A stretch of DNA of 64,000 bases from assembly GCA_028870845.1 (NCBI GenBank), contig JAGWOR010000001.1:58770-122769 (forward strand). The letters are read 5' to 3'. The translations under genes and the position numbers were made by a program. Below, piece by piece: positions 49,183 through 62,966 of this stretch (position 1 is the first letter of the stretch; each line of letters starts with the position of its first letter). The notes under the pieces were generated by a model that was not told the origin of the DNA, searched no databases, and was given only the letters and a program-made list of their open reading frames with translations. Source of the stretch: Gammaproteobacteria bacterium. GTDB lineage: Bacteria > Pseudomonadota > Gammaproteobacteria > Natronospirales > REEB76.

Positions 49183-50618
49183 GCGAATACATGCGCCGCA
49201 TCCGCCACCTGCATTTCGTCGGCATCGGCGGTGCAGGCATGGGCGGGCTCGCCGAAGTTTTCATCAACCTGGGGTATCGGGTTAGCGGCAGCGACCTCAG
49301 GCAGAACGCCATTACCCGGAGACTCGAGGCATTGGGGGCCCGGGTGAAGCTCGGGCACAGCGCCGGCAACCTGACGGACGCCGACGTGGTGGTGATATCC
49401 AGCGCGGTGACCGCCGACAACCTGGAGGTGGCGGCTGCGCACCAACGCCGCATCCCGGTGGTGCGGCGCGCGGAAATGCTCGCCGAACTGATGCGCTTCC
49501 GGTTCGGAATCGCGGTTGCAGGCACCCACGGCAAAACCACCACCACCAGCCTGATCGCCAGCGTGCTCTCCGAGGGCAATTTGGACCCGACGTTCGTGAT
49601 CGGCGGCCGGCTCATCAGCGTGGATTCCAATGCGCGCCTCGGCACCGGGCGCTATCTGGTGGCGGAAGCCGATGAAAGCGATGCGTCATTTCTGCATCTG
49701 CAGCCGCTGGTGGCGGTGGTTACCAACATCGACGCCGACCATCTTGGAACCTACGGTGGTGATTTCAACCGCCTGCGCGCCACCTTCACCGAATTCCTGC
49801 AGCATCTGCCGTTTTATGGACTTGCGGTGCTGTGCCTGGATGATGCCGAGGTGCGCAAGATCCTGCCGGATGTGGCCCGGCCGGTGATCACCTACGGCTT
49901 TGACTCCCGCGCCGACGTTCGTGCTACCGAGGTAACCCGTGCCGGTAACGTCACCCGCTTCAAGGCGTGGTTACCCGGCCGCCCACAAGCACTTGCCGTG
50001 ACCCTTAACCTTGCCGGCCGGCATAACGTGCTCAACGCGCTGGCCGCCATCGCCGTCGCCAAAGACCTGGAAATTCCCGATGAGGCCATCCTCAATGCAC
50101 TCGCCGGCTTCCAGGGTGTGGGCCGTCGATTTCAGATACACGGGGAGATCGGGATTCCAGCGGGCAGTGTGCTGCTGGTGGATGATTACGGCCATCATCC
50201 GCGCGAGCTCGCGGCCACCATTGAAGCAGCGCGCGAAGGCTGGCCGCAGCGGCGGCTGGTGGTGGCTTTCCAGCCGCACCGTTATACCCGCACCCATGAC
50301 CTGTTCGAGGACTTCGCAGAAATCCTGTCGCATGTGGACGTGCTGGTATTGCTGGAAGTGTATGCGGCGGGTGAAACCCCCATTGCAGGCGCTGATGCAC
50401 GCGCGCTGGCGCGCTCCATCCGCAATCGCGGCCGTGTCGACCCGGTATTCGTGGCGCAGCTGCAGGACCTGCCGGAGGCCCTGTTGGGGGTTCTCAAGGA
50501 CGGTGATCTGCTGCTGACACTGGGAGCTGGTGACATCGGCGGCATGGCCGGCGAACTTGCACGCATCCTGCCGCAGAAACGCCCGTCCAGGGTCTCCGGC
50601 AAAGGGCGCAAGCCATGA
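49179..50618 (+). CDS. murC: UDP-N-acetylmuramate--L-alanine ligase MurC
   Basis: 479 aa with [17 protein letters not shown] and [11 protein letters not shown]. Confidence 0.95.
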   Translation: MSEYMRRIRHLHFVGIGGAGMGGLAEVFINLGYRVSGSDLRQNAITRRLEALGARVKLGHSAGNLTDADVVVISSAVTADNLEVAAAHQRRIPVVRRAEMLAELMRFRFGIAVAGTHGKTTTTSLIASVLSEGNLDPTFVIGGRLISVDSNARLGTGRYLVAEADESDASFLHLQPLVAVVTNIDADHLGTYGGDFNRLRATFTEFLQHLPFYGLAVLCLDDAEVRKILPDVARPVITYGFDSRADVRATEVTRAGNVTRFKAWLPGRPQALAVTLNLAGRHNVLNALAAIAVAKDLEIPDEAILNALAGFQGVGRRFQIHGEIGIPAGSVLLVDDYGHHPRELAATIEAAREGWPQRRLVVAFQPHRYTRTHDLFEDFAEILSHVDVLVLLEVYAAGETPIAGADARALARSIRNRGRVDPVFVAQLQDLPEALLGVLKDGDLLLTLGAGDIGGMAGELARILPQKRPSRVSGKGRKP

Positions 50619-51391
50619 ACCCGCGTGCCCGCGGTACTGGAAACCCGGTGGTGAGGCACCGCTGGATACGCATCGGCGGCTGGTTGGCGGCGCTGACGGC
50701 GGTGTTCGGTTGCGCGGCATTTTTCGCGGGTCCGCTGCTTTCCGGACCGGCGCTGACACAATTGATCGTGCCTGGACCGCTGCTGCATGTGCAGCCGCAG
50801 GCGGTACGCGCCGCGCTGCTGCCGGCACTGCAAGGTAAGGGATTTTTCAGCGTCAACGTGGCGCAGCTGCGCAAGGATGTGCTGGCGGTGCCGTGGGTGG
50901 CGTCTGCGGCAGTGCGCCGCAGCTGGCCGCACACCCTGTATATCGACATAACCGAAGAACTGCCGGTGGCGCGCTGGAACGGCAATGGCCTGATGGATGC
51001 CCAAGGCCGTGTATTTGCGCAATCCGCAGCCGCTTCCTGGGCCAAGTTGCCGGTGCTGAACGGTACCGAGGGCAATGAACAGGACGTCTTGGCCGAATTC
51101 AATGATTTGAACAGCCAGCTGACGGCGCATGGGCTGGCAATGCTGCAGCTGACGGTGGACGCGCGCGGCGATTCCAGCGTGTCGCTGAATGACGGTATCC
51201 AGGTGCGTCTTGGCCGCAGCGATGCACTGCAGCGCCTGCAGCGGTTCCTGGCGGTGGCGCTACCGACCCTTAGCAGCCGGCTGGCGGCAGTCGCCTATGT
51301 GGACATGCGTTACACCAACGGCTTCGCGGTCGGCTGGAAGAGCCAGATGGCCAGCAGCGGACAACACAAAGAGGTCAGACCGAATGGCTAG
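50615..51391 (+). CDS. ftsQ: cell division protein FtsQ
   Basis: 258 aa and bitopic, with POTRA-like and FtsQ-type domains. Its ATG overlaps the murC stop (ATGA). Confidence 0.88.
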   Translation: MNPRARGTGNPVVRHRWIRIGGWLAALTAVFGCAAFFAGPLLSGPALTQLIVPGPLLHVQPQAVRAALLPALQGKGFFSVNVAQLRKDVLAVPWVASAAVRRSWPHTLYIDITEELPVARWNGNGLMDAQGRVFAQSAAASWAKLPVLNGTEGNEQDVLAEFNDLNSQLTAHGLAMLQLTVDARGDSSVSLNDGIQVRLGRSDALQRLQRFLAVALPTLSSRLAAVAYVDMRYTNGFAVGWKSQMASSGQHKEVRPNG

Positions 51392-52625
51392 AAAGACTGA
51401 TAAGCAGCTGATCGTCGGGCTGGATGTGGGCACTTCCAAGGTGGTTGCCATCGTCGGTGAAATACTCACGGACGGTTCCATCGAAATCGTCGGTATCGGT
51501 TCGCATCCGTCACGCGGGCTCAAGCGCGGGGTGGTGGTGAACATCGAATCCACGGTGCAGTCCATACAGCGGGCGGTTGCGGAAGCCGAACTCATGGCCG
51601 GCTGCCAGATTCATTCGGTGTACGCCGGCATCGCCGGCAGCCATGTGCGCAGCCTGAATTCCCACGGCGTGGTGGCGATCCGCGACAAGGAAGTCACCGC
51701 CGGCGACGTGGAGCGCGTCATCGATGCGGCCCGCGCCGTCAGCATTCCGGCTGACCAGCGCATCCTGCACATACTGCCTCAGGATTTTGTGATCGACGGC
51801 CAGGACGGCATCCGCGAACCCATCGGCATGTCCGGCGTGCGTCTGGAAGTACACGTACACATCGTCACCGGCGCCATGAGCGCGGCCCAGAATATCGTGC
51901 GTTGCGTGGAACGCTGCGGCCTCAAAGTAGACGACATCATCCTGGAACAGATTGCTTCCAGTTACTCGGTGTTGAACGAGGATGAAAAGGAACTGGGCGT
52001 GTGCCTGGTGGATGTTGGCGGCGGCACCACCGATATCGCGGTGTTCACGGATGGCGCCATCCGGCATACGGCGGTGATTCCGATCGCCGGCGATCAGGTG
52101 ACCAATGACATCGCCGTGGCCTTGCGCACTCCCACGCACCATGCCGAGGAAATCAAGATCAAGTATGCCTGCGCACTGCCGCAGCTGGCGAGCGCCGATG
52201 AAACCATCGAGGTGCCGAGTGTCGGAGAACGCCCGCCACGGCGCCTGGCGCGTCAAACGCTTGCAGAAGTGGTGGAGCCAAGGTACGAGGAACTCTACAG
52301 CCTGATCCAGACCGAGTTGCGGCGCAGCGGTTTTGAAGACGCGGTGCCGGCCGGCATCGTGCTGACCGGCGGCAGCGCCAAGATGGAGGGCGCAGTGGAA
52401 CTGGCTGAAGAAGTATTTCATGCGCCCGTGCGTCTGGGCGTACCGCAATACGTTACCGGACTGGTGGACGTGGTGCGCAATCCCATCCATGCCACTGGTG
52501 TTGGGCTGCTGTTGTTTGGCGCGCAAAGCCTGCCGCGCGACGGCATGGAACGCCGCAGCAACGCCAACGTGAATATCAAGGATGTCTGGCAGCGCATGAA
52601 GCAGTGGTTTCAGGGTTCGTTTTGA
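51384..52625 (+). CDS. ftsA: cell division protein FtsA
   Basis: The sequence is [26 protein letters not shown], with an actin-like ATPase fold (VDVGGGTTDIAVF). ATG 51384 matches the canonical N-terminus. The ORF is open to 51189. Confidence 0.95.
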   Translation: MARKTDKQLIVGLDVGTSKVVAIVGEILTDGSIEIVGIGSHPSRGLKRGVVVNIESTVQSIQRAVAEAELMAGCQIHSVYAGIAGSHVRSLNSHGVVAIRDKEVTAGDVERVIDAARAVSIPADQRILHILPQDFVIDGQDGIREPIGMSGVRLEVHVHIVTGAMSAAQNIVRCVERCGLKVDDIILEQIASSYSVLNEDEKELGVCLVDVGGGTTDIAVFTDGAIRHTAVIPIAGDQVTNDIAVALRTPTHHAEEIKIKYACALPQLASADETIEVPSVGERPPRRLARQTLAEVVEPRYEELYSLIQTELRRSGFEDAVPAGIVLTGGSAKMEGAVELAEEVFHAPVRLGVPQYVTGLVDVVRNPIHATGVGLLLFGAQSLPRDGMERRSNANVNIKDVWQRMKQWFQGSF

Positions 52626-52665
52626 ATCGTGTTCAAAATCGTAATGTTGCAGAGGAGATCGGGAG

Positions 52666-53835
52666 ATGAACTGGACAATTGAAGAGGATGTGAATCAGAG
52701 CGCCGTCATCAAGGTGGTCGGCGTAGGCGGAGGCGGCGGCAACGCCGTGCAGCACATGCTGGCCAGCGGCATTGAGGGCGTGGACTTTGTCGCCGTCAAT
52801 ACCGACGCCCAGGTATTGAAGAAGATCAATGCCCGCACCACGCTGCAAATCGGCAGTAACCTCACGCGCGGATTGGGCGCGGGCTCCAATCCGGAAACCG
52901 GCAAGCAGGCGGCGCTCGAGGACCGCGACCGGCTGGAAGAAGTGTTGCGCGGCACCGATATGGTGTTCATCACCGCCGGCATGGGGGGCGGCACGGGTAC
53001 CGGCGCCACGCCGGTGGTGGCGCAAGTCGCAAAGGAGCTGGACGTGCTGGTGGTGGCAGTGGTTACCAAGCCATTCCCGCACGAGGGCAGCAAGCGCATG
53101 AAGATCGCCGAGCAGGGCCTGGTGGAACTCAGCCAGTACGTGGACTCGCTGATCGTGATTCCCAATGAGAAACTTTCTGCGGTGCTGGGCCGGGACATTC
53201 CCATGCTGCAGGCATTCCAGGCCGCCAATGAGGTGTTGCACGGCGCCGTGCGCGGCATTGCCGACATCATCACCCGGCCGGGATTGATGAACCTGGATTT
53301 TGCCGACGTGCGAACCGTGATGGCGGAAATGGGCATGGCCATGATGGGCACCGGTCAGGCGGTTGGCGAAGGCCGTGCACGCAAGGCCAGCGAGGCGGCG
53401 GTGACCAGCCCGTTGCTGGAGAACGTCAACCTGCAGGGCGCGCGTGGCATCTTGGTGAACATCACCGCCGGCATGGATCTGACTATGGGAGAATATGAAG
53501 AGGTCATGGATATCGCCCACAGTTACGCGGTGGAAGACGCATCCATTAAGGTAGGCACGGTACTGGATCCCTCCATGAGCGACGAAATCCGGGTCACCGT
53601 GGTGGCTACCGGACTGACGCGTCCGCAGGTTCAGGCGCAGTCGCAGCCGATGGTCAAGCCGGTGACGGCGCCCCCGCAGCTGGTGCCACTGGCGCGCACC
53701 GGAACCGATGAGCGCCCGGACTGGAAAAAGCTGGAAAAACCGGCCTATGTACGGCAGCGTGAGAAGGATGATCTGGACCCCCAAAGCCAGGAATATCTGG
53801 ATATCCCGGCTTTCCTGCGCCGCCAGGCGGACTAA
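52666..53835 (+). CDS. ftsZ: cell division protein FtsZ
   Basis: 389 aa with the tubulin signature GGGTGTGA and the C-terminal peptide [11 protein letters not shown]. Confidence 0.97.
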   Translation: MNWTIEEDVNQSAVIKVVGVGGGGGNAVQHMLASGIEGVDFVAVNTDAQVLKKINARTTLQIGSNLTRGLGAGSNPETGKQAALEDRDRLEEVLRGTDMVFITAGMGGGTGTGATPVVAQVAKELDVLVVAVVTKPFPHEGSKRMKIAEQGLVELSQYVDSLIVIPNEKLSAVLGRDIPMLQAFQAANEVLHGAVRGIADIITRPGLMNLDFADVRTVMAEMGMAMMGTGQAVGEGRARKASEAAVTSPLLENVNLQGARGILVNITAGMDLTMGEYEEVMDIAHSYAVEDASIKVGTVLDPSMSDEIRVTVVATGLTRPQVQAQSQPMVKPVTAPPQLVPLARTGTDERPDWKKLEKPAYVRQREKDDLDPQSQEYLDIPAFLRRQAD

Positions 53836-54039
53836 CTAGGGGTAAGTCCCAGATGTGGAAGGAAAAAAACCTTGTGAGGCCTGTGCAGCCTATGATAATT
53901 TAGACGGCCGCGAAGCCATAAACCGGGCTGATGTCCAGCGGCGCTGGCTTCCCTGGTTTACAGCGACACACCGTTCCCGGCACCGGCCACCGGCGGATGC
54001 GGGGTGTTCAGACTCGAGACAACAAGGTACCGCCCCGGC

Positions 54040-54951
54040 ATGCTCAAACAGCGTACGCTCAAGAATTCCATCCGCGCCACAGGCGTCGGCTTGCACACGG
54101 GTGAGAAGGTTTACATGACCCTGCGTCCCGCAGCACCCAACACCGGCATTATCTTCCGCCGTGTGGATCTGGATAAACCCGTCGAAATTCGCGCTTATGC
54201 CGAACATGTCGGCGATACCATGCTTGGTACAACGCTGGTGAACGGCGAAGTGCGCGTTTCCACCGTCGAGCACCTGTTGTCTGCGCTTGCCGGCCTGGGC
54301 ATCGATAACGCTTATGTGGATCTGAGCGCCGCCGAAGTGCCGATCATGGACGGCAGCGCCGGACCATTTGTGTTTCTGCTGCAGTCCGCGGGTATTGAGG
54401 AACAGAACGCCCACAAGCGTTTCATCCGCATTCGCGACAACCTGGAAGTGCGCGACGGCGACAAATGGGCGCGCTTCGAACCGTTTGATGGATTCAAGGT
54501 CAGCTTCCAGATTGATTTCGATCATCCGATTTTCAAGAAACACACCCAGTGCACGACAGTGGATTTTTCCACTACCTCATTTGTCAAAGAGGTCAGCCGC
54601 GCGCGCACTTTCGGTTTCATGCGGGATATCGAGATGCTGCGCCAGCGCCACCTTACTTTGGGCGCCTCATTGGACAATGCCATCGCGCTGGATGATTACC
54701 GGATTCTCAATGAAGACGGCTTGCGTTACGAGGACGAATTCGTAAAACACAAGATTCTGGATTCCATCGGGGATCTGTATCTGCTCGGTCACAGCCTGAT
54801 CGGGGCTTTCAGCGCTTATAAGTCAGGTCATGGATTGAACAATACCCTGTTGCGCGCGCTGCTGGCCAAGCGCTCATGCTGGGAAGAAGTGACTTTCGAC
54901 GATGCTGCAGAAGCGCCGATTTCGTACATGACGCCGGTGCACGCGCTTTAA
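54040..54951 (+). CDS. lpxC: UDP-3-O-acyl-N-acetylglucosamine deacetylase LpxC
   Basis: The sequence is [24 protein letters not shown]...[14 protein letters not shown]. The start at 54040 matches the canonical N-terminus. The ORF is open to 54004. Confidence 0.95.
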   Translation: MLKQRTLKNSIRATGVGLHTGEKVYMTLRPAAPNTGIIFRRVDLDKPVEIRAYAEHVGDTMLGTTLVNGEVRVSTVEHLLSALAGLGIDNAYVDLSAAEVPIMDGSAGPFVFLLQSAGIEEQNAHKRFIRIRDNLEVRDGDKWARFEPFDGFKVSFQIDFDHPIFKKHTQCTTVDFSTTSFVKEVSRARTFGFMRDIEMLRQRHLTLGASLDNAIALDDYRILNEDGLRYEDEFVKHKILDSIGDLYLLGHSLIGAFSAYKSGHGLNNTLLRALLAKRSCWEEVTFDDAAEAPISYMTPVHAL

Positions 54952-54978
54952 TATCCGGTAATAAACCGCAAGTTTTAA

Positions 54979-55428
54979 TCAACGCCGCGGATTGCGGTTG
55001 CGGGCCAGACGCAGAAGTGAGGTTTTGAGCGGTCCTTCGGCGAGATGCGTGGCGGTGGATTCGAGGAGTTGCCGCGATTTTTCCGTCAATGCCGGTGCTG
55101 GAGTATTTGCAGACGGCGGTACGGGCGGATAGGGCAGGATCTGTACCTTGAGTGAGTCGCAAGCCAGGCCTGCGGCGGCGAATTTGCCCAGCAGCTCACG
55201 CTGCAGGTAACGGATTGGGGTCGCGGATGCGGCGCTGTCCATGAAGAGTATGAGCGTGCCTGCTTCCAAATAGGCACCCAGGCAATGTGGCGCGAGTGGC
55301 GACGGCAGATGTCGGCGCACTGTGTCACGCAGCTGAATCAGCTGCCGGGAACCGGACAGCAGTTGCCGCAGCCTGGCATCAGGGCCGCTCAGCAGTGCAT
55401 TGAGGGAGTTAAAAGCAGGAGCCGCCAT
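54979..55428 (-). CDS. DUF721 (DciA-like) domain protein
   Basis: 149 aa. The pattern LAPHCLGAYLEAGTLILFMDSAASATPIRYLQRELL resembles DUF721. Its position between lpxC and the M23-secA genes matches other gammaproteobacteria, as far as I remember. Confidence 0.6.
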   Translation of the reverse strand: MAAPAFNSLNALLSGPDARLRQLLSGSRQLIQLRDTVRRHLPSPLAPHCLGAYLEAGTLILFMDSAASATPIRYLQRELLGKFAAAGLACDSLKVQILPYPPVPPSANTPAPALTEKSRQLLESTATHLAEGPLKTSLLRLARNRNPRR

Positions 55429-55461
55429 GTGTGCACGCAGTGATAATGGGGAGTATCGCCG

Positions 55462-56415
55462 ATGAGTCGTATTTTAATCATAAAGCATGGCGGCATGCGT
55501 CAGCTGGACCTGGCCAGGCCCGGGATCATCATCATGGCCGCGGCTGGCGTCCTGCTGCTCGGCGGTTTGCTGTTCTTAGCGGGTTTTGGCACGGCCAACT
55601 GGGTCGAGCGCACACCCCAGAGCGTCACTGCCTGGAAATCGGAACTGGCCCGCCAGGCCGAGGAAATCACTCATGCCAAGCAGGTGGCCCAGGCAAATGT
55701 GGACGCGCTGTCCGCCAAAGTCGGCCAGCTGCAGGCTCACATCATGCGCCTGGACGCTCTCGGCCAGCAGCTGACGCGCATGGCGGGACTCAAGCACGGT
55801 GAATTCAACTTCAACGCGCCGCTGGCGGAAGGCGGCCCGGAAATCAGCGCCCCGGTGCAGCATACGGCTTTGCCGGATTTCGTGAATACCCTCGACCAGC
55901 TTTCCACACAGATCGACAACAGCGAGCAGCAGCTGACGGTGCTCGAAAGCCTGCTCATGAACCGTAACGTACGCCTGCAGGCCACCCCATCCGGGGCGCC
56001 CATTACCGAGGGTTACGAGAGTTCGCCTTTCGGCATGCGCATCGATCCGTTTACCGGTGAGTTGTCGTTTCATCCGGGCATCGATTTTGCCGGCCCTGAG
56101 GGCGAGCCGGTTAAAGCCGCAGCCGCCGGGATTGTCACCTGGGCCGGCGACCGTGACGGCTACGGCAATATGGTGGAGATCGACCATGGCAACGGCTATT
56201 CGACCATCTACGGCCACAGCGAAAAAGTGCTGGTGCATGTGGGTGAAATGGTAAAAAAAGGCCAGGAAATCGCCTTACTGGGTTCCACCGGACGCTCCAC
56301 CGGTCCACACGTGCACTTTGAAGTCCTATACAATGGCAGACCGGTTAATCCGGCACGGTTTGTGAATGCTCTGGGGCAGGTGCGGCTGGCCGCCATGCCC
56401 AGGAATATGGACTGA
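55462..56415 (+). CDS. M23-family metalloendopeptidase with an N-terminal TM and coiled coil
   Basis: The motifs are HPGIDFAGPEGEPV, VEIDHGNGYSTIYGH and GSTGRSTGPHVHFEV. An alternative start is ATG 55495. Confidence 0.9.
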   Translation: MSRILIIKHGGMRQLDLARPGIIIMAAAGVLLLGGLLFLAGFGTANWVERTPQSVTAWKSELARQAEEITHAKQVAQANVDALSAKVGQLQAHIMRLDALGQQLTRMAGLKHGEFNFNAPLAEGGPEISAPVQHTALPDFVNTLDQLSTQIDNSEQQLTVLESLLMNRNVRLQATPSGAPITEGYESSPFGMRIDPFTGELSFHPGIDFAGPEGEPVKAAAAGIVTWAGDRDGYGNMVEIDHGNGYSTIYGHSEKVLVHVGEMVKKGQEIALLGSTGRSTGPHVHFEVLYNGRPVNPARFVNALGQVRLAAMPRNMD

Positions 56416-56653
56416 CAGGATTCCAGGTACGTCCCGCGTCACGCGCTTGCATCGAAATCCTGTAACCGGGGTCAATATCGAGGCAGCGGTTTCTTAGCGG
56501 ATGCAACGCCTGGCGTCCGGTCTATCCACCGCCCGTCAGCGGCATCAGATTCCACCAAAACCGTCTTGATTTCCACCAGCGTGGCCATAGGTCACGCGCA
56601 GGAGCGCGGCCGGCGCCCGATCTCATGCTATCGCTGCTTAACGGAACGAGAAC

Positions 56654-59383
<2,730 letters not shown>

Positions 59384-59422
59384 TTCGCCGGCCGCAACCG
59401 CGGCGGCCGGCGGCTTACTGAA

Positions 59423-60382
59423 ATGCGCGCCGTCCAGGTGGTCGCGGCGGTGCTGGCGGATTCCCGTGGCCGCATACTCATCACCCAGCGCCCGGCCGGA
59501 AAATTCATGGCCGGCTTCTGGGAATTCCCCGGCGGCAAACTCCAGGACGGCGAAAGCCCGGAGTCGGCACTGAAGCGTGAGCTGCGTGAAGAACTCGGCA
59601 TTGAAGTTCAAAGCGCACGGCCGCTGATGCGCCTCTCCCATGCCTATCCGGCCCTGCAGGTGGAACTGGATGTGTGGCGCGTTACCCGCTACCAGGGCGA
59701 ACCCCATTCGGCTGAGGGCCAGGCGCTTGCCTGGGTGGAAGCGCAGAAACTTTCCACCTGGAAGCTGCTGCCGGCGGATGCACCCATCGTCACGGCCCTG
59801 CGGATGCCTGAATTGATGCTGGTGACGCCGTCGCCCGGCCCCGACCATCAGGCGTTTTTGCACGCCCTGCAGCGCGCGCTGCGGCAAGGCGTGGAACTGG
59901 TGCAGCTGCGCGCACCGGAACTCAAGCACCGGGAATTGCTGGATCTGACCCGCGCTGCGGTCGAGGTTTGCCACTCACGCGGCGCGCGTCTGCTGTTAAA
60001 TGGCGAGCCCGAAACCGCACTGGCCGCGGGCGCCGATGGCTTGCACCTGAGCAATGCGCGATTGGCACGCATCCAGGCGCGCCCATTGCCCGAGACTTTC
60101 CTGGTGGGGGCATCCTGCCATGATGAGACCGGTTTGCGCATGGCGGACGCCAATCGTCTGGATTACGTAATCCTGGGTCCGGTGCAGGCCACTCCCAGCC
60201 ATGCGCACGCCGTGCCCCTCGGTTGGTATGGATTCCGGCGCCTGGCGGCACAGACTACATTGCCGGTATACGCCATTGGCGGGCTGTCGGCCGGGGACTT
60301 GCAGCGGGCACAGCAGGCAGGCGCGCAGGGGGTCGCCGCCATGCGTGCCCTGTGGGGGATTCAGGAGCCGGACTCGTCCTGA
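59423..60382 (+). CDS. MutT-type Nudix hydrolase fused to a ThiE-like (thiamine-phosphate synthase fold) domain
   Basis: 319 aa. The N-terminal Nudix box is [24 protein letters not shown]. The C-terminal roughly 190 aa form a TIM-barrel-like ThiE-type region (LVQLRA...LLLNG...GASCH...DYVILGPV...VYAIGG). Confidence 0.85.
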   Translation: MRAVQVVAAVLADSRGRILITQRPAGKFMAGFWEFPGGKLQDGESPESALKRELREELGIEVQSARPLMRLSHAYPALQVELDVWRVTRYQGEPHSAEGQALAWVEAQKLSTWKLLPADAPIVTALRMPELMLVTPSPGPDHQAFLHALQRALRQGVELVQLRAPELKHRELLDLTRAAVEVCHSRGARLLLNGEPETALAAGADGLHLSNARLARIQARPLPETFLVGASCHDETGLRMADANRLDYVILGPVQATPSHAHAVPLGWYGFRRLAAQTTLPVYAIGGLSAGDLQRAQQAGAQGVAAMRALWGIQEPDSS

Positions 60383-60558
60383 GACTCGGGCGGCGGCTGG
60401 TCGGGGATGGCGTGTTTCTCCAGCAGCCAGTCGCCCAGATCAATCAGCCGGCAGCGTTCGCTGCAAAACGGTTTGAATTTTGACTCCGCGGTCCATGGCA
60501 CCAGGGCGCCGCAATGCGGACATTTAACCGATTCGTGGGTTTCTGGCGCTGTGACCAA
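60361..60558 (-). CDS. yacG: DNA gyrase inhibitor YacG (zinc ribbon)
   Basis: 65 aa with the sequence [12 protein letters not shown]...[17 protein letters not shown]. Confidence 0.9.
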   Translation of the reverse strand: MVTAPETHESVKCPHCGALVPWTAESKFKPFCSERCRLIDLGDWLLEKHAIPDQPPPESQDESGS

Positions 60559-60575
60559 ACTGCGTTGCCGTCAGC

Positions 60576-61382
60576 CTACAGCTGGCAGCAGACCAGCTTG
60601 AAACTGATGTCGCGCTTGGCCTGCTGCGGCCGGCCATCGGCGGGGTTGGGCTCGAGAAAATGGATGGTGATGCGTTGCCGGCCGGCGCTGATTTCCGGAT
60701 ATACGCCGCTGTTGACCGGAACCATGACGCGCACCAGCGGGCAGATGGGGGTGTCGAACATGCGCAGGTACATGCCCTGTTCGGCCACTTCGCGGCTGGG
60801 CAGGGCGCTCTCACGGGTCAGGGCCATGAGCAGGTTGATGGTGTCCCGCAACGGCCGGATTTCATCCAGCCAATGCTGCAGGTCGCGCATGCGTCTGGCG
60901 TGGGGCTGGGTAAGCCAGGTGTGATACAGGGGCAGGTCAAACTGGCAGGTGCCGCCAGGAATCGCGGCCCGGTTTTTGATGGTGTTGAGGAATTCATTTT
61001 CCTTGAGACCCAGACCCAGCGGCCGGCCGTCGCCGTTCATGGCGCGCCGCAGGGTCTCCAGCTCGCCCAGCACGGATTGCAGGCGGCCGCCATCCACCTC
61101 CGGGCTGTCCTGCAGGCGTCCCAGGAACAGCAGGCAGCGCTCCAGTTCCTTGAGCACTTCGGTGCGCACATCCCCGCGGGTCAGCAGGGCGCTGATTTCC
61201 AGCAGCGCGCTGATGGCCGCGCGGCTGTTCCAGGCGGAGGTCAGTCCCAGGTGGTGGCTGCATTCCTCGAACAGGAATTCCAGCCGCAGGAAGGTGCGCA
61301 CCCGCTCGGTGAGCGGCTGCTCATACACCAGCCATTCCGCCGGTAGCAAGTCCTCCACCGTGTTTTGTTCGAAGTTCAGCAT
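60576..61382 (-). CDS. zapD: cell division protein ZapD
   Basis: 268 aa. The sequence is VYEQPLTERVRTFLRLEFLF, and the gene sits in a coaE-zapD-yacG context. Confidence 0.85.
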   Translation of the reverse strand: MLNFEQNTVEDLLPAEWLVYEQPLTERVRTFLRLEFLFEECSHHLGLTSAWNSRAAISALLEISALLTRGDVRTEVLKELERCLLFLGRLQDSPEVDGGRLQSVLGELETLRRAMNGDGRPLGLGLKENEFLNTIKNRAAIPGGTCQFDLPLYHTWLTQPHARRMRDLQHWLDEIRPLRDTINLLMALTRESALPSREVAEQGMYLRMFDTPICPLVRVMVPVNSGVYPEISAGRQRITIHFLEPNPADGRPQQAKRDISFKLVCCQL

Positions 61383-61400
61383 GAAAAGCCGTGCGCCCCT

Positions 61401-62033
61401 TCAGGGCAATCGTATCCCCGGATATTGCTGGGCCGGATGCCTGGCGATTTTCAGATAGTGCGCATGCAGCCTGCGCACGGATTCACGCAATTGAGCGAGT
61501 CCGCCCACGTTGCCCAGAATATCATCTCCTGCCGCCAGGCGCTGCTTTCTCCCGGCCTGCGCCGCCAGCATGGCTCGCGCGCTCTCGGTATTTTCACCGT
61601 CACGTAACATAAGACGGGCCATTTGCTGGGATTCGGGGCAGTCCACCACCAGCACCCGGTCCACCAGCGCCCGGGTTTCCGGATGTTCCGCCAGCAGCGG
61701 GATCACAGCGATGGCATAAGCACCATGGCTGGATTCCAGCCCGGCTTTGAGTTCGCGGATCACCAGAGGATGCAGCACTGCCTCCACCTTGGCCTTGATG
61801 CCCGCATCCGTGAATAACCTCTGGCGCAAGCGTTTGCGGTCGAGCCGGCCGTGTTCATCAAGGATCTCCGGTCCGAGCACGGCAGTCAGCTGGCTGAGTG
61901 CTGGGCTGCCCGTGGAGGTGAGTTTGCGCGCCAACGCGTCGGCGTCCACCACCGGCACGCCGAGGCGGGAGAATTCCGCTGCCACCGTGGATTTGCCGCT
62001 GGCGACACCGCCCGTGAGGCCCACCTTGAGCAT
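61401..62033 (-). CDS. coaE: dephospho-CoA kinase CoaE
   Basis: 210 aa from ATG 62033, beginning MLKVGLTGGVASGKSTVA. The longer 507-aa ORF is a read-through artefact across pilD. Confidence 0.93.
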   Translation of the reverse strand: MLKVGLTGGVASGKSTVAAEFSRLGVPVVDADALARKLTSTGSPALSQLTAVLGPEILDEHGRLDRKRLRQRLFTDAGIKAKVEAVLHPLVIRELKAGLESSHGAYAIAVIPLLAEHPETRALVDRVLVVDCPESQQMARLMLRDGENTESARAMLAAQAGRKQRLAAGDDILGNVGGLAQLRESVRRLHAHYLKIARHPAQQYPGIRLP

Positions 62034-62038
62034 GGGCT

Positions 62039-62908
62039 TCAGGCACCGCCCATGAGATGGAAATAGGCGCGGGTGATCTGCGGCCCCCACAGCATGGCGA
62101 TCCATCCGGCTGCCGCCAGGTAGGGGCCGAACGGGATCGGATTGCCGCGCTGCACGCGGCGCGCCAGGATCAGGCCGATGCCCAAGAGAGCGCCGGCGGC
62201 GGACGCCAAAAGGATGATCAGCGGCAGGCTTTGCCAGCCCAGCCAGGCGCCCAGCATGGCGAGCAGCTTGAAATCGCCGAAGCCCATGCCTTCCTTGCGG
62301 GTCAGCAGCCGGAATAGCTGATACACGCACCATAAAAGCAGATAGCCTGCCACAGCGCCAATGACCGCCGAGCGCAGATCGGTGAACACCTGGGCGGCAT
62401 TGAACAGCAGGCCCAGCCACAGGAACGGCAGGGTGATGTTGTCCGGCAGCAGTTGCCGGTCCAGGTCGATGACCGACAGGGCCAGCAGCGCCCAGGTGAG
62501 CAAGAGTGCAGCCAACGCCTGCCAGCCGAAGCCGAAGTGCCAGGCTACCCAGGCGCACAGGATTCCAGAGAGCAGCTCGATGAGCGGGTAGCGCAATGAG
62601 ATGGGCTGCTTGCAGGCGCTGCAGCGGCCGCGCAAAAACAAATAACTCAGCAACGGGATGTTTTCCAGGGCGCCGATGGCGTGGCCGCAGTGGGGACAGC
62701 GGGAGCGCGGCACCACCAGATTGTACGGCTCGGTTTCCGCAACCGGCTGTTCGTGCAGTTCCGCGCAATGCTGCCGCCACTGCCGGTCCAGCATGATGGG
62801 CAGGCGGTGGATCACCACGTTGAGGAAACTGCCGACCATCAGGCCGAGACAGCAAACCACCGAGACAAAGGCCCAGGGCGTGGCTTCGAGGAAAGTCACC
62901 AGGTACAT
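62039..62908 (-). CDS. pilD: prepilin peptidase / N-methyltransferase PilD (A24 family)
   Basis: 289 aa and polytopic. It has Cys pairs CPHCGH and CSAC, plus FGDFKLLAMLGAWLG. Confidence 0.93.
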   Translation of the reverse strand: MYLVTFLEATPWAFVSVVCCLGLMVGSFLNVVIHRLPIMLDRQWRQHCAELHEQPVAETEPYNLVVPRSRCPHCGHAIGALENIPLLSYLFLRGRCSACKQPISLRYPLIELLSGILCAWVAWHFGFGWQALAALLLTWALLALSVIDLDRQLLPDNITLPFLWLGLLFNAAQVFTDLRSAVIGAVAGYLLLWCVYQLFRLLTRKEGMGFGDFKLLAMLGAWLGWQSLPLIILLASAAGALLGIGLILARRVQRGNPIPFGPYLAAAGWIAMLWGPQITRAYFHLMGGA

Positions 62909-62966
62909 GCGCGTGCCTTTGCAAGGGCGGCCGGAATACGCGGCACGCCCGCCTGCGGGAAGATTC

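Noticed and set aside
61401-62924. A 507-aa ORF that appears to fuse coaE to a long N-terminal extension.
   Set aside because: Only the last 210 aa (from MLKVGLTGGVASGKST) are CoaE. The extension is an out-of-frame read-through across pilD, which has its own convincing frame at 62039-62908.
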